Source: Candidatus Omnitrophota bacterium
GTDB taxonomy: Bacteria > Omnitrophota > Gorgyraeia > Zapsychrales > Fredricksoniimonadaceae
Length of the DNA stretch: 64,000 nucleotides
Reading direction: 5' to 3'
NCBI GenBank assembly: GCA_013287965.1
Contig: JABDCU010000002.1
Coordinates: 27,133-91,132 of the forward strand
Part shown: positions 45,722 to 55,244 of the stretch, piece after piece
Numbering within the stretch: the first letter of the stretch is position 1
Layout of the letters: the number at the start of each line of letters is the position of its first letter
Notes under the pieces: model-generated
What the model was told of the DNA's origin: nothing
Seen by the model: only the letters and a program-made list of their open reading frames with translations
Database searches by the model: none
Translations under genes and position numbers: made by a program

Positions 45722-48700
45722 AATATCCTAAGGTATTCATTAGTTATCGTAAGAGTCAGCAATCCCGCCTAGATGAAGCTCGTGAAATAAGAAATTTATT
45801 ACAAACCCAATTTAACTTTGAAACGTGGTTAGATGAAGATCTAAAGGGTGGAGACATTTGGAGAAAAGAGATAGATGAAAAATTGGATTGGGCAGATAGT
45901 TTTTTACTTATAGTGCATTCTGATTTGCATACGGGGAAGGTGGTTTTAGATGAAGTACATTATGCTTTAGAAGCAGTTCAAAGTGGCAAATATAAGAATT
46001 TGGTCTGCCTTATCGTCGAAGAAAGTTTAAATGGCCAATACATAGAAACAATTGATAACACTTTAAAAACGAAGTTCCCTCGAAAAAGTTTTCCTGAATT
46101 ATATCCAAGACAATACATTTCAAAATTTACTCCTTCCTGGAAAGACGATTTAGGGGTTTCTTTTAATCCTATTCTTAAGGAACAGCAAGGGAAAGCCGTA
46201 AATGAAGCAGTAGTAGATGGGGCAAATAAACAAAAGAGAGCTCTTTTGGTTTATGAAGGTCTAGTTTATCTTCTACGACCCTTTAGTTTTAAAGATAAAG
46301 AAGTCAGGCTAATGTTAAAGGGAGTGAGAAGGAAGCTAAATATTATAATTGCCGATGAGCGTAATATTATCTCCAATCTGAAAAGGAATAAAATCATCCT
46401 AGAAACAGGAGATTACATTCTTGTTCATGATGATGATTTTGGTAGAAAGCGAATAGTCCAAGCGTTTTTCGGAACTCCGGCACTTTTAAACTTGGATATT
46501 TTCAAGAATAGTTCTTTAGGGAAAATTAAAACGATACTTTCTTCTTTAGCACAGATAGATAACGTCGCTGTGGAAAATAAGCTAAGAGAGTATCTGGTTG
46601 CTATTAAGGCTATGATTATTAAACAAGATAATGACCAGAGATTAGAGAGTTTGAATTTATTAGAAAAGTTTGCCTATCGCATCCCGAGAGAAACCGTAGA
46701 CATAATAAATTTGCTCGTTGATCCTCGTAATGAGAAAAGAGCTAAGAAATATTTGAAGCCGTTCCCTCGGTATGGATGGGAGCACAAATACATTTTGAAT
46801 AAGTGTTTAGATGTATTAAATCAATACAATGTCCGGTATGGGGCCTTTCATGAATGTTTTGGCATTCTCATAAAACTTTATACATATAAGTTTGAAGAGA
46901 AAGAGTACGCTGATGTAAGGAAGCGGGCTAGCGACACGATGCGAGAAATAGCAAATTATAATCTAAAGTTAATAAGGCCCAAGAATTTGGGCTTTAGAGG
47001 TTACGGAGCCCAGGCACTTGTTTTTGAAGAAATCAAACGACTTCTTAGAAGTAAAGATGAAAGGCTTTTTGATTTAGCTATTTTATTGATAAATAAATTA
47101 TTTGAGACAGAGGCAGAGGCAACTTATTGGGGTTACAAAACCATGACCCATGAGCGAGGTCCGCTCCCTTTATCTAAAGGATTAGTTAAATTAAGAAAAC
47201 AATTAATTGACGAAGTAGTAATACATATCGGTATAAACAAAAAAAATATTAGGAGGCTAAAATGCATAACTGCATTAAAGGGTGCAACTACCTATCCTAT
47301 GAATGTGTATTCAGCTCTTGAACTAGCCATAATGAGCAATACAAGGTTTGTACTTCAATTTTATTCTACTCTAAAAACAGAAAACGAAAACGCAACCGTG
47401 TTACAGGAAATTGATCAACAGTTATCATGGGTAAGAATGCGTTTGGGTCCTTACAAAGGAGAAAATCGAACATCTGCAACGAGTCTTTATAAACAGGCCG
47501 ATCAGCTACAAAGAAAGATACGAGGAGATACATTTTATAGTATTTATAGAACCTTGGTCGGAAGCCACGATTTTGATGAGTTGGGTGGATGGCGGGCTGT
47601 GCAGGATAAACGTGAAAAGGAGATACAGGATTTTATATCTGCTTTGAATGAAAAAAGTCTCATACGCTGGATAAAGATATTAAAACGAATTATATCTACA
47701 TACATCATTAAGAATGACTATGCTTTCGGGAATTTTCGTCGATTTTTAGTGAAGCTAGGTCAGGAAAAACCTGAAATTTCCCTCAAGATTCTCAAAGTGT
47801 TGATTAAAGATATTAAGCCTGTGGATTTCTTAACCTATCTTTTAATGGGGATTAGAAGCTCAGGTAAGCCTCAATTCACCAATGTTGTAGCACGGGATTG
47901 GATAAGATCTAAGGATTTTGAACTGATTAAGCAAATTCCATATTTTTATTCTTATGTTAGTGGTCAAGGAATGGGAACAGTCGATTTCAAAATTTTTGAT
48001 CAACTAATGAAATTGAGGCTTCCCATGATCCAGCGGGCAGAGCTAGATAAAAGAGTATGCTCAGTGATTTCGGCTTTATACAAGGATAGAAAAAAAGAAT
48101 TATATAAGTTTTTTGAAATTTCGATTAAAAGGGCATCAATCCAAAATGTTTCAGAGTTTTGTCATCTTTTAGGTACGGCGGAGTTTGCTGGACATCTTAA
48201 AATTGTCCACCTGCCAATGAAGTTATTTCGATTATTAGTTAATAAGCTAGTACAAAAGAATGTACTGGATGATTATGACACAAGAATCTTAGCTGCTTAT
48301 GGAGAGATCAATATTTTTAAGTTAATCGATTTCTTTAAGATTAGAATCCTTCGTAGGCCAAAATTGAAATTGATTAAATTAACTGACTACCGTTATGATT
48401 CAATTCCGTACCATTTGGGTGAAATTGGAAAGCTTATTGGAGGGCATAAAGATTACGGTAAGATTTTAGAAAAGATTATCGATGAATGGATTCCCGAAAC
48501 AAAAGATAGCATGCTTTCATACGAAGGGAGAGAATTTATACATAATGTTTCCCCAGACCTAGATTCTAAGTTGAAGGAAATTCTTATGAATAAAATAAAA
48601 GTCAGCAAGAGTAAAGCAAAAGATGTTTTACTTTTGTTGTCTGAGTTTGATGGGAATCAATCGATTGATGATTTATGTATTGAGGCAATTAAACGTTACG

Positions 48701-48960
48701 ATGATGAAGATATAAGGAGTATGGTTTCTAGTGCAATATATGCAACGGGAGGCGTGACAGGAGAATACGGATTTTATAATGCCCATAAAGAAAGAAGAGA
48801 TCGGGTTCTTAAGTGGAAGCATGGCAATAATAAATGTTTGAAGCAATTTATAATTGATTTTTCTAAGTCCTTGTCTAAAGATATGCAAAAAGAAAAAGAG
48901 CGAGTTGAGGTCAGAGAAGAGCTAATTAAAAGGGGAGTAGATGTTTTCTCACTAAATTGA
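45718..48960 (+). CDS. TIR-domain protein with roughly 940-aa C-terminal helical-repeat region
   Basis: N-terminus KVFISYRKS...DIWRKEIDEKLDWADSFLLIVHSDLHTGKVVLDEVHYAL has the TIR (TIR_2-like) layout with a candidate catalytic Glu. The remainder is Leu/Lys/Ile-rich and helix-prone, with no P-loop seen. Confidence 0.75.
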   Translation: MKYPKVFISYRKSQQSRLDEAREIRNLLQTQFNFETWLDEDLKGGDIWRKEIDEKLDWADSFLLIVHSDLHTGKVVLDEVHYALEAVQSGKYKNLVCLIVEESLNGQYIETIDNTLKTKFPRKSFPELYPRQYISKFTPSWKDDLGVSFNPILKEQQGKAVNEAVVDGANKQKRALLVYEGLVYLLRPFSFKDKEVRLMLKGVRRKLNIIIADERNIISNLKRNKIILETGDYILVHDDDFGRKRIVQAFFGTPALLNLDIFKNSSLGKIKTILSSLAQIDNVAVENKLREYLVAIKAMIIKQDNDQRLESLNLLEKFAYRIPRETVDIINLLVDPRNEKRAKKYLKPFPRYGWEHKYILNKCLDVLNQYNVRYGAFHECFGILIKLYTYKFEEKEYADVRKRASDTMREIANYNLKLIRPKNLGFRGYGAQALVFEEIKRLLRSKDERLFDLAILLINKLFETEAEATYWGYKTMTHERGPLPLSKGLVKLRKQLIDEVVIHIGINKKNIRRLKCITALKGATTYPMNVYSALELAIMSNTRFVLQFYSTLKTENENATVLQEIDQQLSWVRMRLGPYKGENRTSATSLYKQADQLQRKIRGDTFYSIYRTLVGSHDFDELGGWRAVQDKREKEIQDFISALNEKSLIRWIKILKRIISTYIIKNDYAFGNFRRFLVKLGQEKPEISLKILKVLIKDIKPVDFLTYLLMGIRSSGKPQFTNVVARDWIRSKDFELIKQIPYFYSYVSGQGMGTVDFKIFDQLMKLRLPMIQRAELDKRVCSVISALYKDRKKELYKFFEISIKRASIQNVSEFCHLLGTAEFAGHLKIVHLPMKLFRLLVNKLVQKNVLDDYDTRILAAYGEINIFKLIDFFKIRILRRPKLKLIKLTDYRYDSIPYHLGEIGKLIGGHKDYGKILEKIIDEWIPETKDSMLSYEGREFIHNVSPDLDSKLKEILMNKIKVSKSKAKDVLLLLSEFDGNQSIDDLCIEAIKRYDDEDIRSMVSSAIYATGGVTGEYGFYNAHKERRDRVLKWKHGNNKCLKQFIIDFSKSLSKDMQKEKERVEVREELIKRGVDVFSLN

Positions 48961-49040
48961 AGTTGATTTTTAGTGATTTTTTGATTACAAGTAGTTTGGC
49001 AAAAGAAAGTTTCTATTCACCGAGTAATTTAGAATTTGCC

Positions 49041-49454
49041 ATGAAACCACAAATTAGTCTTGTTACTCTTGGTGTTGATAACTTGGAAGAATCAACTAAA
49101 TTTTATGAAAAAGGTTTAGGACTGCCTCGGTTATCTTTTGAATCAAATGATGTAGCTTTTTTTAATCTCAATGGTACATGGTTGGCTTTATATCCCTGGG
49201 AAAAGTTGGCTGTAGATGCACAGGTTTCAGCTAAAGGTACAGGCTTTCGTGGAATTACTTTGGCGCATAATGTGAGTAGTAAGGCGGAAGTAGATGAGGT
49301 TATATCTCAAGCGAAAAAGGCAGGAGCAAAGATTCAGAAACCAGCACAGGATGTATCTTGGGGAGGGTATTCTGGGTACTTTGTTGACTTAGACGGGCAT
49401 CTTTGGGAAGTAGCCTGGAATCCTCATTTTTGGCCTGGTCCAAAGGACGAATAA
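49041..49454 (+). CDS. VOC (glyoxalase/bleomycin-resistance/dioxygenase) family protein
   Basis: MKPQISLVTLGVDNLEESTKFYEKGLG...GYSGYFVDLDGHLWEVAWNP. The ORF-track start at 48957 overlaps the TIR gene end, so the internal ATG is preferred. Confidence 0.8.
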   Translation: MKPQISLVTLGVDNLEESTKFYEKGLGLPRLSFESNDVAFFNLNGTWLALYPWEKLAVDAQVSAKGTGFRGITLAHNVSSKAEVDEVISQAKKAGAKIQKPAQDVSWGGYSGYFVDLDGHLWEVAWNPHFWPGPKDE

Positions 49455-49493
49455 ATGTGGAAAGTCATTTGTGTATAAGAGTTCGGGAAATCT

Positions 49494-49712
49494 ATGAAAT
49501 TAATAACAATTTTTGGTTTAACATCAGTTTCAGCAATGTTGATATTTTATGCCCTAGAACATCACAGTCATTGGTTTATCTTGGCTTTTGCTGTATCGTG
49601 TGCATTAGCTTCAATCTATGGTTTTCTTCAGGGTGCTTGGCCGTTTGGACTTGTTGAAGTAATCTGGTCAATGGTTGCCCTCCAACGGTGGAGGTCTAGT
49701 AAAAAGAATTAG
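49494..49712 (+). CDS. Small two-TM membrane protein
   Basis: 72 aa with two hydrophobic helices and a basic C-terminal tail. No function inferred. Confidence 0.5.
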   Translation: MKLITIFGLTSVSAMLIFYALEHHSHWFILAFAVSCALASIYGFLQGAWPFGLVEVIWSMVALQRWRSSKKN

Positions 49713-49954
49713 TCTTTTAAATGCAAGTAAATCGTTCCTGCCAATGACCTGCAATTGAGTATCGATCATGTTTTTGTAAGTAATTTCCTTCGTTAATACC
49801 CACCATTTATTGCTAAATTCATTTTTAATGTTTTTTTAATGCTTTTAGGCATTATTTTAATTAGCTAAATTTGGCCATCAAGGTAAACTTATTCTCATAG
49901 GGTAATTTTGCATTCAGAGAGGGAAATTGTTTTTTTATTAAGGAGGGTATTCAT

Positions 49955-50074
49955 ATGAGAATTGCCCCGACACAATCTATGAAACAAGCAGAACGTATGA
50001 CGTTTCTGTTCGCAATGGCCCAAATGCTTTTAGCTTTGGGTTTATTTTGGGCCTTTAAAGCACATATTGTATAA
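49955..50074 (+). CDS. Small hydrophobic peptide (39 aa) upstream of kdp operon
   Basis: MRIAPTQSMKQAERMTFLFAMAQMLLALGLFWAFKAHIV, preceded by TTAAGGAGGGTATTC. Not in the ORF track because it is under 60 aa. Confidence 0.45.
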   Translation: MRIAPTQSMKQAERMTFLFAMAQMLLALGLFWAFKAHIV

Positions 50075-50095
50075 CCGTTTAAGGAGGGCATTCTT

Positions 50096-50179
50096 ATGAT
50101 GGATTTTGTTTTTGTTGCTTTAACAGTTTTTTTCGGAATCATTTCTTGGGCTTTTATTGTTTTGTGTTCAAAAGTATAA
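50096..50179 (+). CDS. Small hydrophobic peptide (27 aa) upstream of kdpF
   Basis: MMDFVFVALTVFFGIISWAFIVLCSKV, preceded by TTAAGGAGGGCATTC. Confidence 0.45.
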   Translation: MMDFVFVALTVFFGIISWAFIVLCSKV

Positions 50180-50191
50180 GGAGGGGTATTT

Positions 50192-50281
50192 ATGTTGGCA
50201 ATTTATTGGATCGGCGGTATTACTTCATTTGTGTTGTTCGTTTACCTTTTAATAGCTTTGCTTAAACCGGAGATATTCTAA
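50192..50281 (+). CDS. kdpF: Potassium-transporting ATPase subunit F
   Basis: MLAIYWIGGITSFVLFVYLLIALLKPEIF: the VYLLxALLxPExF ending is typical of KdpF. AAGGAGGGG RBS. The stop overlaps the kdpA ATG by 1 nt. Confidence 0.8.
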   Translation: MLAIYWIGGITSFVLFVYLLIALLKPEIF

Positions 50282-52026
50282 TGAGCGCCAATGACTTTAT
50301 TCAAGCAGCTTTTTTTCTTGTGATCGTGCTTTTAACGGTCAAACCGTTTGGTACTTACATGGCCCGTATATATGAAGGAAGTCCTACGGGTATAAACGTG
50401 TGGTTTGCACCTGTAGAAAGATGGTTTTACCGTCTTTGTGGTGTCAAACCGGAAGAAGGCATGTCCTGGAAAACCTATGCCTTTGCCATGATCTTGTTTA
50501 ATATTTTGGGTGTATTGGTAGTTTATGCTTTCCAGCGCCTTCAAGCCAGCCTTCCGTTAAATCCAATGGCCATGCCAGCAGTATCGCCTGATTCTTCCTT
50601 TAATACTGCGATTAGTTTTGCATCTAACACAAACTGGCAAGGTTATGGCGGGGAAAGCACCATGAGTTATTTGACTCAGATGTCGGCTTTGGTGGTCCAG
50701 AATTTCGTTTCTGCGGCAACTGGTATGGTTATCCTGATAGCAATCATTAGAGGATTTATTCAGAAGCAGATGAACACCATCGGAAACTTTTGGGTTGATT
50801 TGACAAGGACAGTTCTTTATATATTGCTACCTTTGTCTATTATCTTTGCTGTTGCTTTTGTTTCTCAAGGGATACCGCAGACCTTTAGTAAAAGCGCCGC
50901 GGCAACATATCTACAAACCGAAAAAGATAGTAATGGAAAGCCGGTCACAGAACAGGACATTGCTTTAGGACCTGTGGCTTCTCAGATATCTATTAAGCAA
51001 TTAGGAAGCAACGGCGGCGGGTTTTATAATGTAAACTCTGCCCATCCGTTTGAAAATCCAACACCGTTATCTAATTTTTTAGAATTGTTGGCCATCATGT
51101 TGATCCCTGTGGCCTTGTGCTATACCTTTGGTTACATGGTCAAAGACCGTCGGCAAGGATGGGCTATATTAGCAGCCATGTTTATTATTTTTCTTCCCTG
51201 CCTGTGGTTTGGCATACAGATTGAGCAGCAAGGCAATCCTTTGTTGACTAAATTAGGGGTGGATCAAAGTGCAACAGCCTTGCAACCCGGAGGTAATATG
51301 GAGGGTAAAGAGGCTCGTTTTGGTATTGCCAACTCAGGTCTTTGGGCTATAAGTACAACAGCGGTTGCCAATGGGTCGGTAAATTGTATGCATGATTCTT
51401 TTATGCCATTGTCCGGCATGATACCTATGTGGCTCATTCAAATAGGTGAAGTGGACTTTGGCGGTGTTGGCTGCGGGTTGTATGGCATGATTGGATTTAT
51501 CATTGTGGCTGTTTTTATATCTGGCCTTATGATCGGCCGTACGCCGGAATATTTAGGCAAAAAGATTGAGGCCTTTGAAATGAAAATGGCTTCCTTGGTT
51601 GCTGTCATTCCTCATATGTTTATATTGTTACCAGTAGCCATTGCCGTGCTTACAGCAGCGGGGAAAGCAGGAATTGCCAATCCCGGACCGCATGGTTTTA
51701 GTGAGGTTCTTTACGCATTTTCATCTGCGGCAGGCAATAACGGAAGTGCTTTTGGCGGTATTAGCGCGAATACGGTTTTTTATAATACCGCGTTAGGCAT
51801 TTCAATGTTTTTTGGCCGTTATTGGCTGGCGATCCCGATGTTAGCTATTGCCGGATCATTGTCAGCTAAGAAGATTGTACCTACAACCCAAGGCACATTA
51901 CCGACACATACGCCGTTGTTTATTGTCTTTTTAGTGATGGTGGTTTTGGTCATCGGGGCATTGGTATTTTTCCCGGCCTTGGCTTTAGGGCCTATTGTCG
52001 AACATTTAATGTTGGTTTCTAACTAA
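50281..52026 (+). CDS. kdpA: Potassium-transporting ATPase subunit A
   Basis: 581-aa polytopic protein. [10 protein letters not shown] and GSNGGGF selectivity-filter-type motifs. Confidence 0.95.
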   Translation: MSANDFIQAAFFLVIVLLTVKPFGTYMARIYEGSPTGINVWFAPVERWFYRLCGVKPEEGMSWKTYAFAMILFNILGVLVVYAFQRLQASLPLNPMAMPAVSPDSSFNTAISFASNTNWQGYGGESTMSYLTQMSALVVQNFVSAATGMVILIAIIRGFIQKQMNTIGNFWVDLTRTVLYILLPLSIIFAVAFVSQGIPQTFSKSAAATYLQTEKDSNGKPVTEQDIALGPVASQISIKQLGSNGGGFYNVNSAHPFENPTPLSNFLELLAIMLIPVALCYTFGYMVKDRRQGWAILAAMFIIFLPCLWFGIQIEQQGNPLLTKLGVDQSATALQPGGNMEGKEARFGIANSGLWAISTTAVANGSVNCMHDSFMPLSGMIPMWLIQIGEVDFGGVGCGLYGMIGFIIVAVFISGLMIGRTPEYLGKKIEAFEMKMASLVAVIPHMFILLPVAIAVLTAAGKAGIANPGPHGFSEVLYAFSSAAGNNGSAFGGISANTVFYNTALGISMFFGRYWLAIPMLAIAGSLSAKKIVPTTQGTLPTHTPLFIVFLVMVVLVIGALVFFPALALGPIVEHLMLVSN

Positions 52027-52034
52027 GGATTAAT

Positions 52035-54113
52035 ATGAAAAAAACACATAATAAAGTAATATCGCTATTTGAGCCGACAATATTATGGCCGGCTGTTATT
52101 GAATCATTTAAGAAATTAGATCCCCGGCACCAGATCAAAAATCCGGTGATGTTTGTTGTTCTGGTTGGCAGCCTATTGACTACAGGGTTATGGCTTCAAG
52201 CATTAGGGGGCCACGGAGAAGCAAGTGCTAGTTTCATTTTAGCCATCTCATTATGGTTGTGGTTTACGATAGTATTTGCTAATTTTGCGGAAAGCATGGC
52301 AGAAGGCCGGGGCAAAGCCCAGGCTGAAAGCTTACGCAAAGCCCGTAAAGATACACCGGCTAAAAAAATGTCCAAGCCTGCGCATGGGGCTAGTTATAGT
52401 ACCGTTTCAGCAACGATCTTGCGTAAAGGTGACGTTGTTCTGGTTGAACGTGGTGATTATGTCCCTATGGATGGCGAGGTCATTGAGGGTATAGCATCCG
52501 TTGATGAAAGTGCTATTACCGGGGAAAGCGCTCCGGTCATCCGTGAAAGCGGTGGAGACCGTTCAGCTGTCACCGGTGGGACACGAGTTATTTCCGATTG
52601 GATTGTGGTGCGTATCACCGCCAATCCGGGAGAAACCTTCCTGGATCATATGATCGCCATGGTTGAAGGGGCTCGCCGTCAAAAAACACCTAATGAAATC
52701 GCCTTGAGCATTTTATTGGTGGTTTTTACTATCATCTTTCTTTTAGTGTGCGTGACTCTTTTACCGTATTCTATTTTTAGCGTTGCCACCGCTGGAAAAG
52801 GTGTAGTCATCACCGTAACAGTTTTAGTTGCCTTGCTGGTCTGTCTTATTCCAACCACCATCGGTGGGTTATTGCCAGCCATTGGTATCGCTGGTATGGA
52901 TCGCATGATTCAGGCTAATGTCATCGCCACTTCAGGACGCGCTGTTGAAGCGGCCGGTGATGTGGATGTATTATTACTGGATAAAACAGGGACTATTACC
53001 CTTGGGAATAGGCAGGCAGTGGCTTTTATTCCGACTAAAGGGGTAAAAGAGGAATATTTGGCCGATGCCGCCCAATTATCTTCCTTGTCCGATGAAACGC
53101 CTGAAGGCCGCAGTATTGTCGTTTTAGCCAAGGAAAAATATGGTATTAGAGAGAGGCAAACCCAGGAACTTGAAGCAAGGTTCATTCCTTTTACTGCTCA
53201 AACTCGGATGAGTGGGGTGGATTTGGGTGCCAATCGCCAAATCAGAAAGGGTTCTGTTGATGCTATTGAAGATTACGTCAAGAAAGTTGGCGGAAGTTTT
53301 CCCCTTGATTTGAAATCGTCAATCGAGAACATTTCTAAAAGTGGGGGTACTCCATTAGTCGTAGCAGAAAATAAGAATGTCCTTGGAGTTATTCAATTAA
53401 AGGACATTGTCAAAGGGGGCATTAAAGAACGTTTCGCGGAGTTACGCAGCATGGGCATTAAGACTATCATGATCACCGGAGACAATCCTTTAACAGCGGC
53501 TGCTATTTCCGCAGAAGCTGGTATGGATGATTTTCTGGCCCAGGCAACACCTGAAACCAAATTAAAATTGATCCGTGATATGCAAACTGGTGGTCGTCTG
53601 GTGGCCATGACCGGAGACGGGACCAATGACGCCCCTGCTTTAGCTCAAGCGGATGTGGCGGTCGCTATGAACACGGGAACACAGGCTGCTAAAGAGGCAG
53701 GAAACATGGTGGATTTGGATTCAAATCCCACTAAATTAATTGAGGTCGTGAAAATCGGCAAGCAGCTTTTAATCACCCGTGGTTCTTTGACCACGTTTAG
53801 TATTGCCAATGACGTTTCCAAATATTTTGCGATTATCCCGGCAGCATTTGTGGGGACGTATCCGGCGCTTGGGGCGTTGAATATTATGCATTTAACAACA
53901 CCACAAAGTGCTATTTTATCGGCAGTTATTTTTAATGCACTGATCATTATAGCTCTTATTCCTTTATCATTGTTCGGTGTGCCTTACAGGCCAATGGCCG
54001 CAAGCCGTCTTTTACGGGATAACTTACTTATTTACGGGGTTGGAGGCATCATTGCTCCGTTTGCCGGGATTAAGTTAATCGACATGATTTTGGCAGCTTG
54101 TCATTTAGTGTAA
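52035..54113 (+). CDS. kdpB: Potassium-transporting ATPase subunit B (P-type ATPase)
   Basis: DKTGTIT phosphorylation site, [21 protein letters not shown]. Confidence 0.97.
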   Translation: MKKTHNKVISLFEPTILWPAVIESFKKLDPRHQIKNPVMFVVLVGSLLTTGLWLQALGGHGEASASFILAISLWLWFTIVFANFAESMAEGRGKAQAESLRKARKDTPAKKMSKPAHGASYSTVSATILRKGDVVLVERGDYVPMDGEVIEGIASVDESAITGESAPVIRESGGDRSAVTGGTRVISDWIVVRITANPGETFLDHMIAMVEGARRQKTPNEIALSILLVVFTIIFLLVCVTLLPYSIFSVATAGKGVVITVTVLVALLVCLIPTTIGGLLPAIGIAGMDRMIQANVIATSGRAVEAAGDVDVLLLDKTGTITLGNRQAVAFIPTKGVKEEYLADAAQLSSLSDETPEGRSIVVLAKEKYGIRERQTQELEARFIPFTAQTRMSGVDLGANRQIRKGSVDAIEDYVKKVGGSFPLDLKSSIENISKSGGTPLVVAENKNVLGVIQLKDIVKGGIKERFAELRSMGIKTIMITGDNPLTAAAISAEAGMDDFLAQATPETKLKLIRDMQTGGRLVAMTGDGTNDAPALAQADVAVAMNTGTQAAKEAGNMVDLDSNPTKLIEVVKIGKQLLITRGSLTTFSIANDVSKYFAIIPAAFVGTYPALGALNIMHLTTPQSAILSAVIFNALIIIALIPLSLFGVPYRPMAASRLLRDNLLIYGVGGIIAPFAGIKLIDMILAACHLV

Positions 54114-54134
54114 AACTTTAAATAGGAGATTCAA

Positions 54135-54713
54135 ATGTTACTCGCACAAATTAGACCAGCAATCGTTTCATTTATTTTATTCACAGTGCTCACAGGACTT
54201 CTTTACCCGCTTTTAGTGACAGGGATTGCCCAAACGGTATTCCATAAACAGGCCGAGGGCAGTTTGATTACTTCAAGCGATGGTAAAATATTAGGATCAT
54301 CCTTGATAGGCCAAAACTTCGATGATCCGAAATATTTCTGGGGCAGGATATCAGCGACAAGTCCTGCTTATAATGCTTCTTCGTCTTCCGGTTCCAATTT
54401 AGGACCTTCAAATTCAGCCCTTTTAGATGAGGTAAAGGGAAGAATTACCGCTTTAAAAGCAGCTGATCCGAGTAACAATGATCCTCTCCCTGTGGATTTA
54501 GTGACCTCCTCAGGTAGTGGATTAGATCCTCATATTAGTCTAGCAGCTGCGCACTATCAGTTGGCGCGTGTGGCTCGCGTGCGGGGATTATCACAAGCAG
54601 ATGTTCAACAAATTGTTGATCAAAATACTCAGGGCCGTTTTTTAGGATTATTGGGGGAGCCGGTGGTCAATGTTTTGCAGGTTAACTTGGCGTTAGATGA
54701 TTACAAGAAATAA
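54135..54713 (+). CDS. kdpC: Potassium-transporting ATPase subunit C
   Basis: N-terminal TM segment, [17 protein letters not shown]. Confidence 0.93.
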   Translation: MLLAQIRPAIVSFILFTVLTGLLYPLLVTGIAQTVFHKQAEGSLITSSDGKILGSSLIGQNFDDPKYFWGRISATSPAYNASSSSGSNLGPSNSALLDEVKGRITALKAADPSNNDPLPVDLVTSSGSGLDPHISLAAAHYQLARVARVRGLSQADVQQIVDQNTQGRFLGLLGEPVVNVLQVNLALDDYKK

Positions 54714-54743
54714 ATATCATACAAACAACAGTGAAAGAATAAG

Positions 54744-55160
54744 ATGTCCAAGGGGATTGTTCTTGTCATTGAAGATGAGCCGCAAATCCAAAAGATGTTG
54801 GGAATTATCCTCATTCATGAAGGGTATGAAGTAGTCTATGCCTCTAGCGGTGAAAAAGGACTAGCAGCGCTCGTTAACAAAAAACCACAAGCCGTGCTAT
54901 TGGATATGGGGCTGCCAGACATGGAAGGCTCTGACGTGCTATTGCGCATCAGGGAGATTAGCGATGTGGCAGTCATTATGGTCTCTGTCCTGTCACAAGT
55001 AGATATAAAAATCAAATGTTTAAAAAGCGGTGCGGATGACTATATAACTAAACCATTTTCCGCTGTTGAATTAACTGCTAGACTTAATGCAGTATTAAGA
55101 CGAAAAACGTCAAATAGATTTGTGGATGGGGTCTTGATCAGAGACGTGCATGTAAAATAA
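54744..55160 (+). CDS. Receiver-domain-only response regulator (truncated paralog of the downstream KdpE-like gene)
   Basis: 138 aa. DE...D (LLDMGLPDMEG)...KPF receiver motifs. Collinear with, and very similar to, the first ~120 aa of the next gene. No winged-helix domain. Confidence 0.8.
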   Translation: MSKGIVLVIEDEPQIQKMLGIILIHEGYEVVYASSGEKGLAALVNKKPQAVLLDMGLPDMEGSDVLLRIREISDVAVIMVSVLSQVDIKIKCLKSGADDYITKPFSAVELTARLNAVLRRKTSNRFVDGVLIRDVHVK

Positions 55161-55244
55161 TAGGTCTGGTGGTTCGCTGCAATATTTTGTTCTCAACGAT
55201 TTCTGCACGCCAGCCTACCATACTAATCGTAGAAAAGTCACAAG

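Larger units (their letters stand above)
41680..49950. mobile_element. Integrase-associated genomic island at tRNA-Ser (right boundary not defined)
   Basis: A tyrosine integrase starts 114 nt after the tRNA 3-prime end. There is an abrupt drop in GC: spot counts of single 60-nt lines give 35-38% in the TIR gene versus 58% in recA. Cargo is defence-like. No attR copy of the tRNA 3-prime end was found by eye. Confidence 0.5.

Noticed and set aside
45718-48960. TIR protein as a STAND/NLR-like (Avs-type) NTPase or as ThsB of Thoeris
   Set aside because: No Walker A (GxxxxGK[ST]) or Walker B-like motif was found in 1080 aa, so it is not called a STAND NTPase. No ThsA-like SIR2/SLOG or Macro gene is adjacent, and ThsB proteins are much shorter.
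48957-49040. Upstream extension of the VOC gene overlapping the TIR gene stop
   Set aside because: The VOC-fold sequence begins at MKPQISLVTLGV (ATG 49041). The extension has no homology-like features, so I did not count the VOC gene as translationally coupled to the TIR gene.
49713-49954. Possible c-di-AMP (ydaO/kimA-type) riboswitch or other leader RNA upstream of the kdp operon
   Set aside because: The region is AT-rich with no recognisable conserved riboswitch helices or GC-rich pseudo-symmetric core by eye. A covariance-model scan would be needed.
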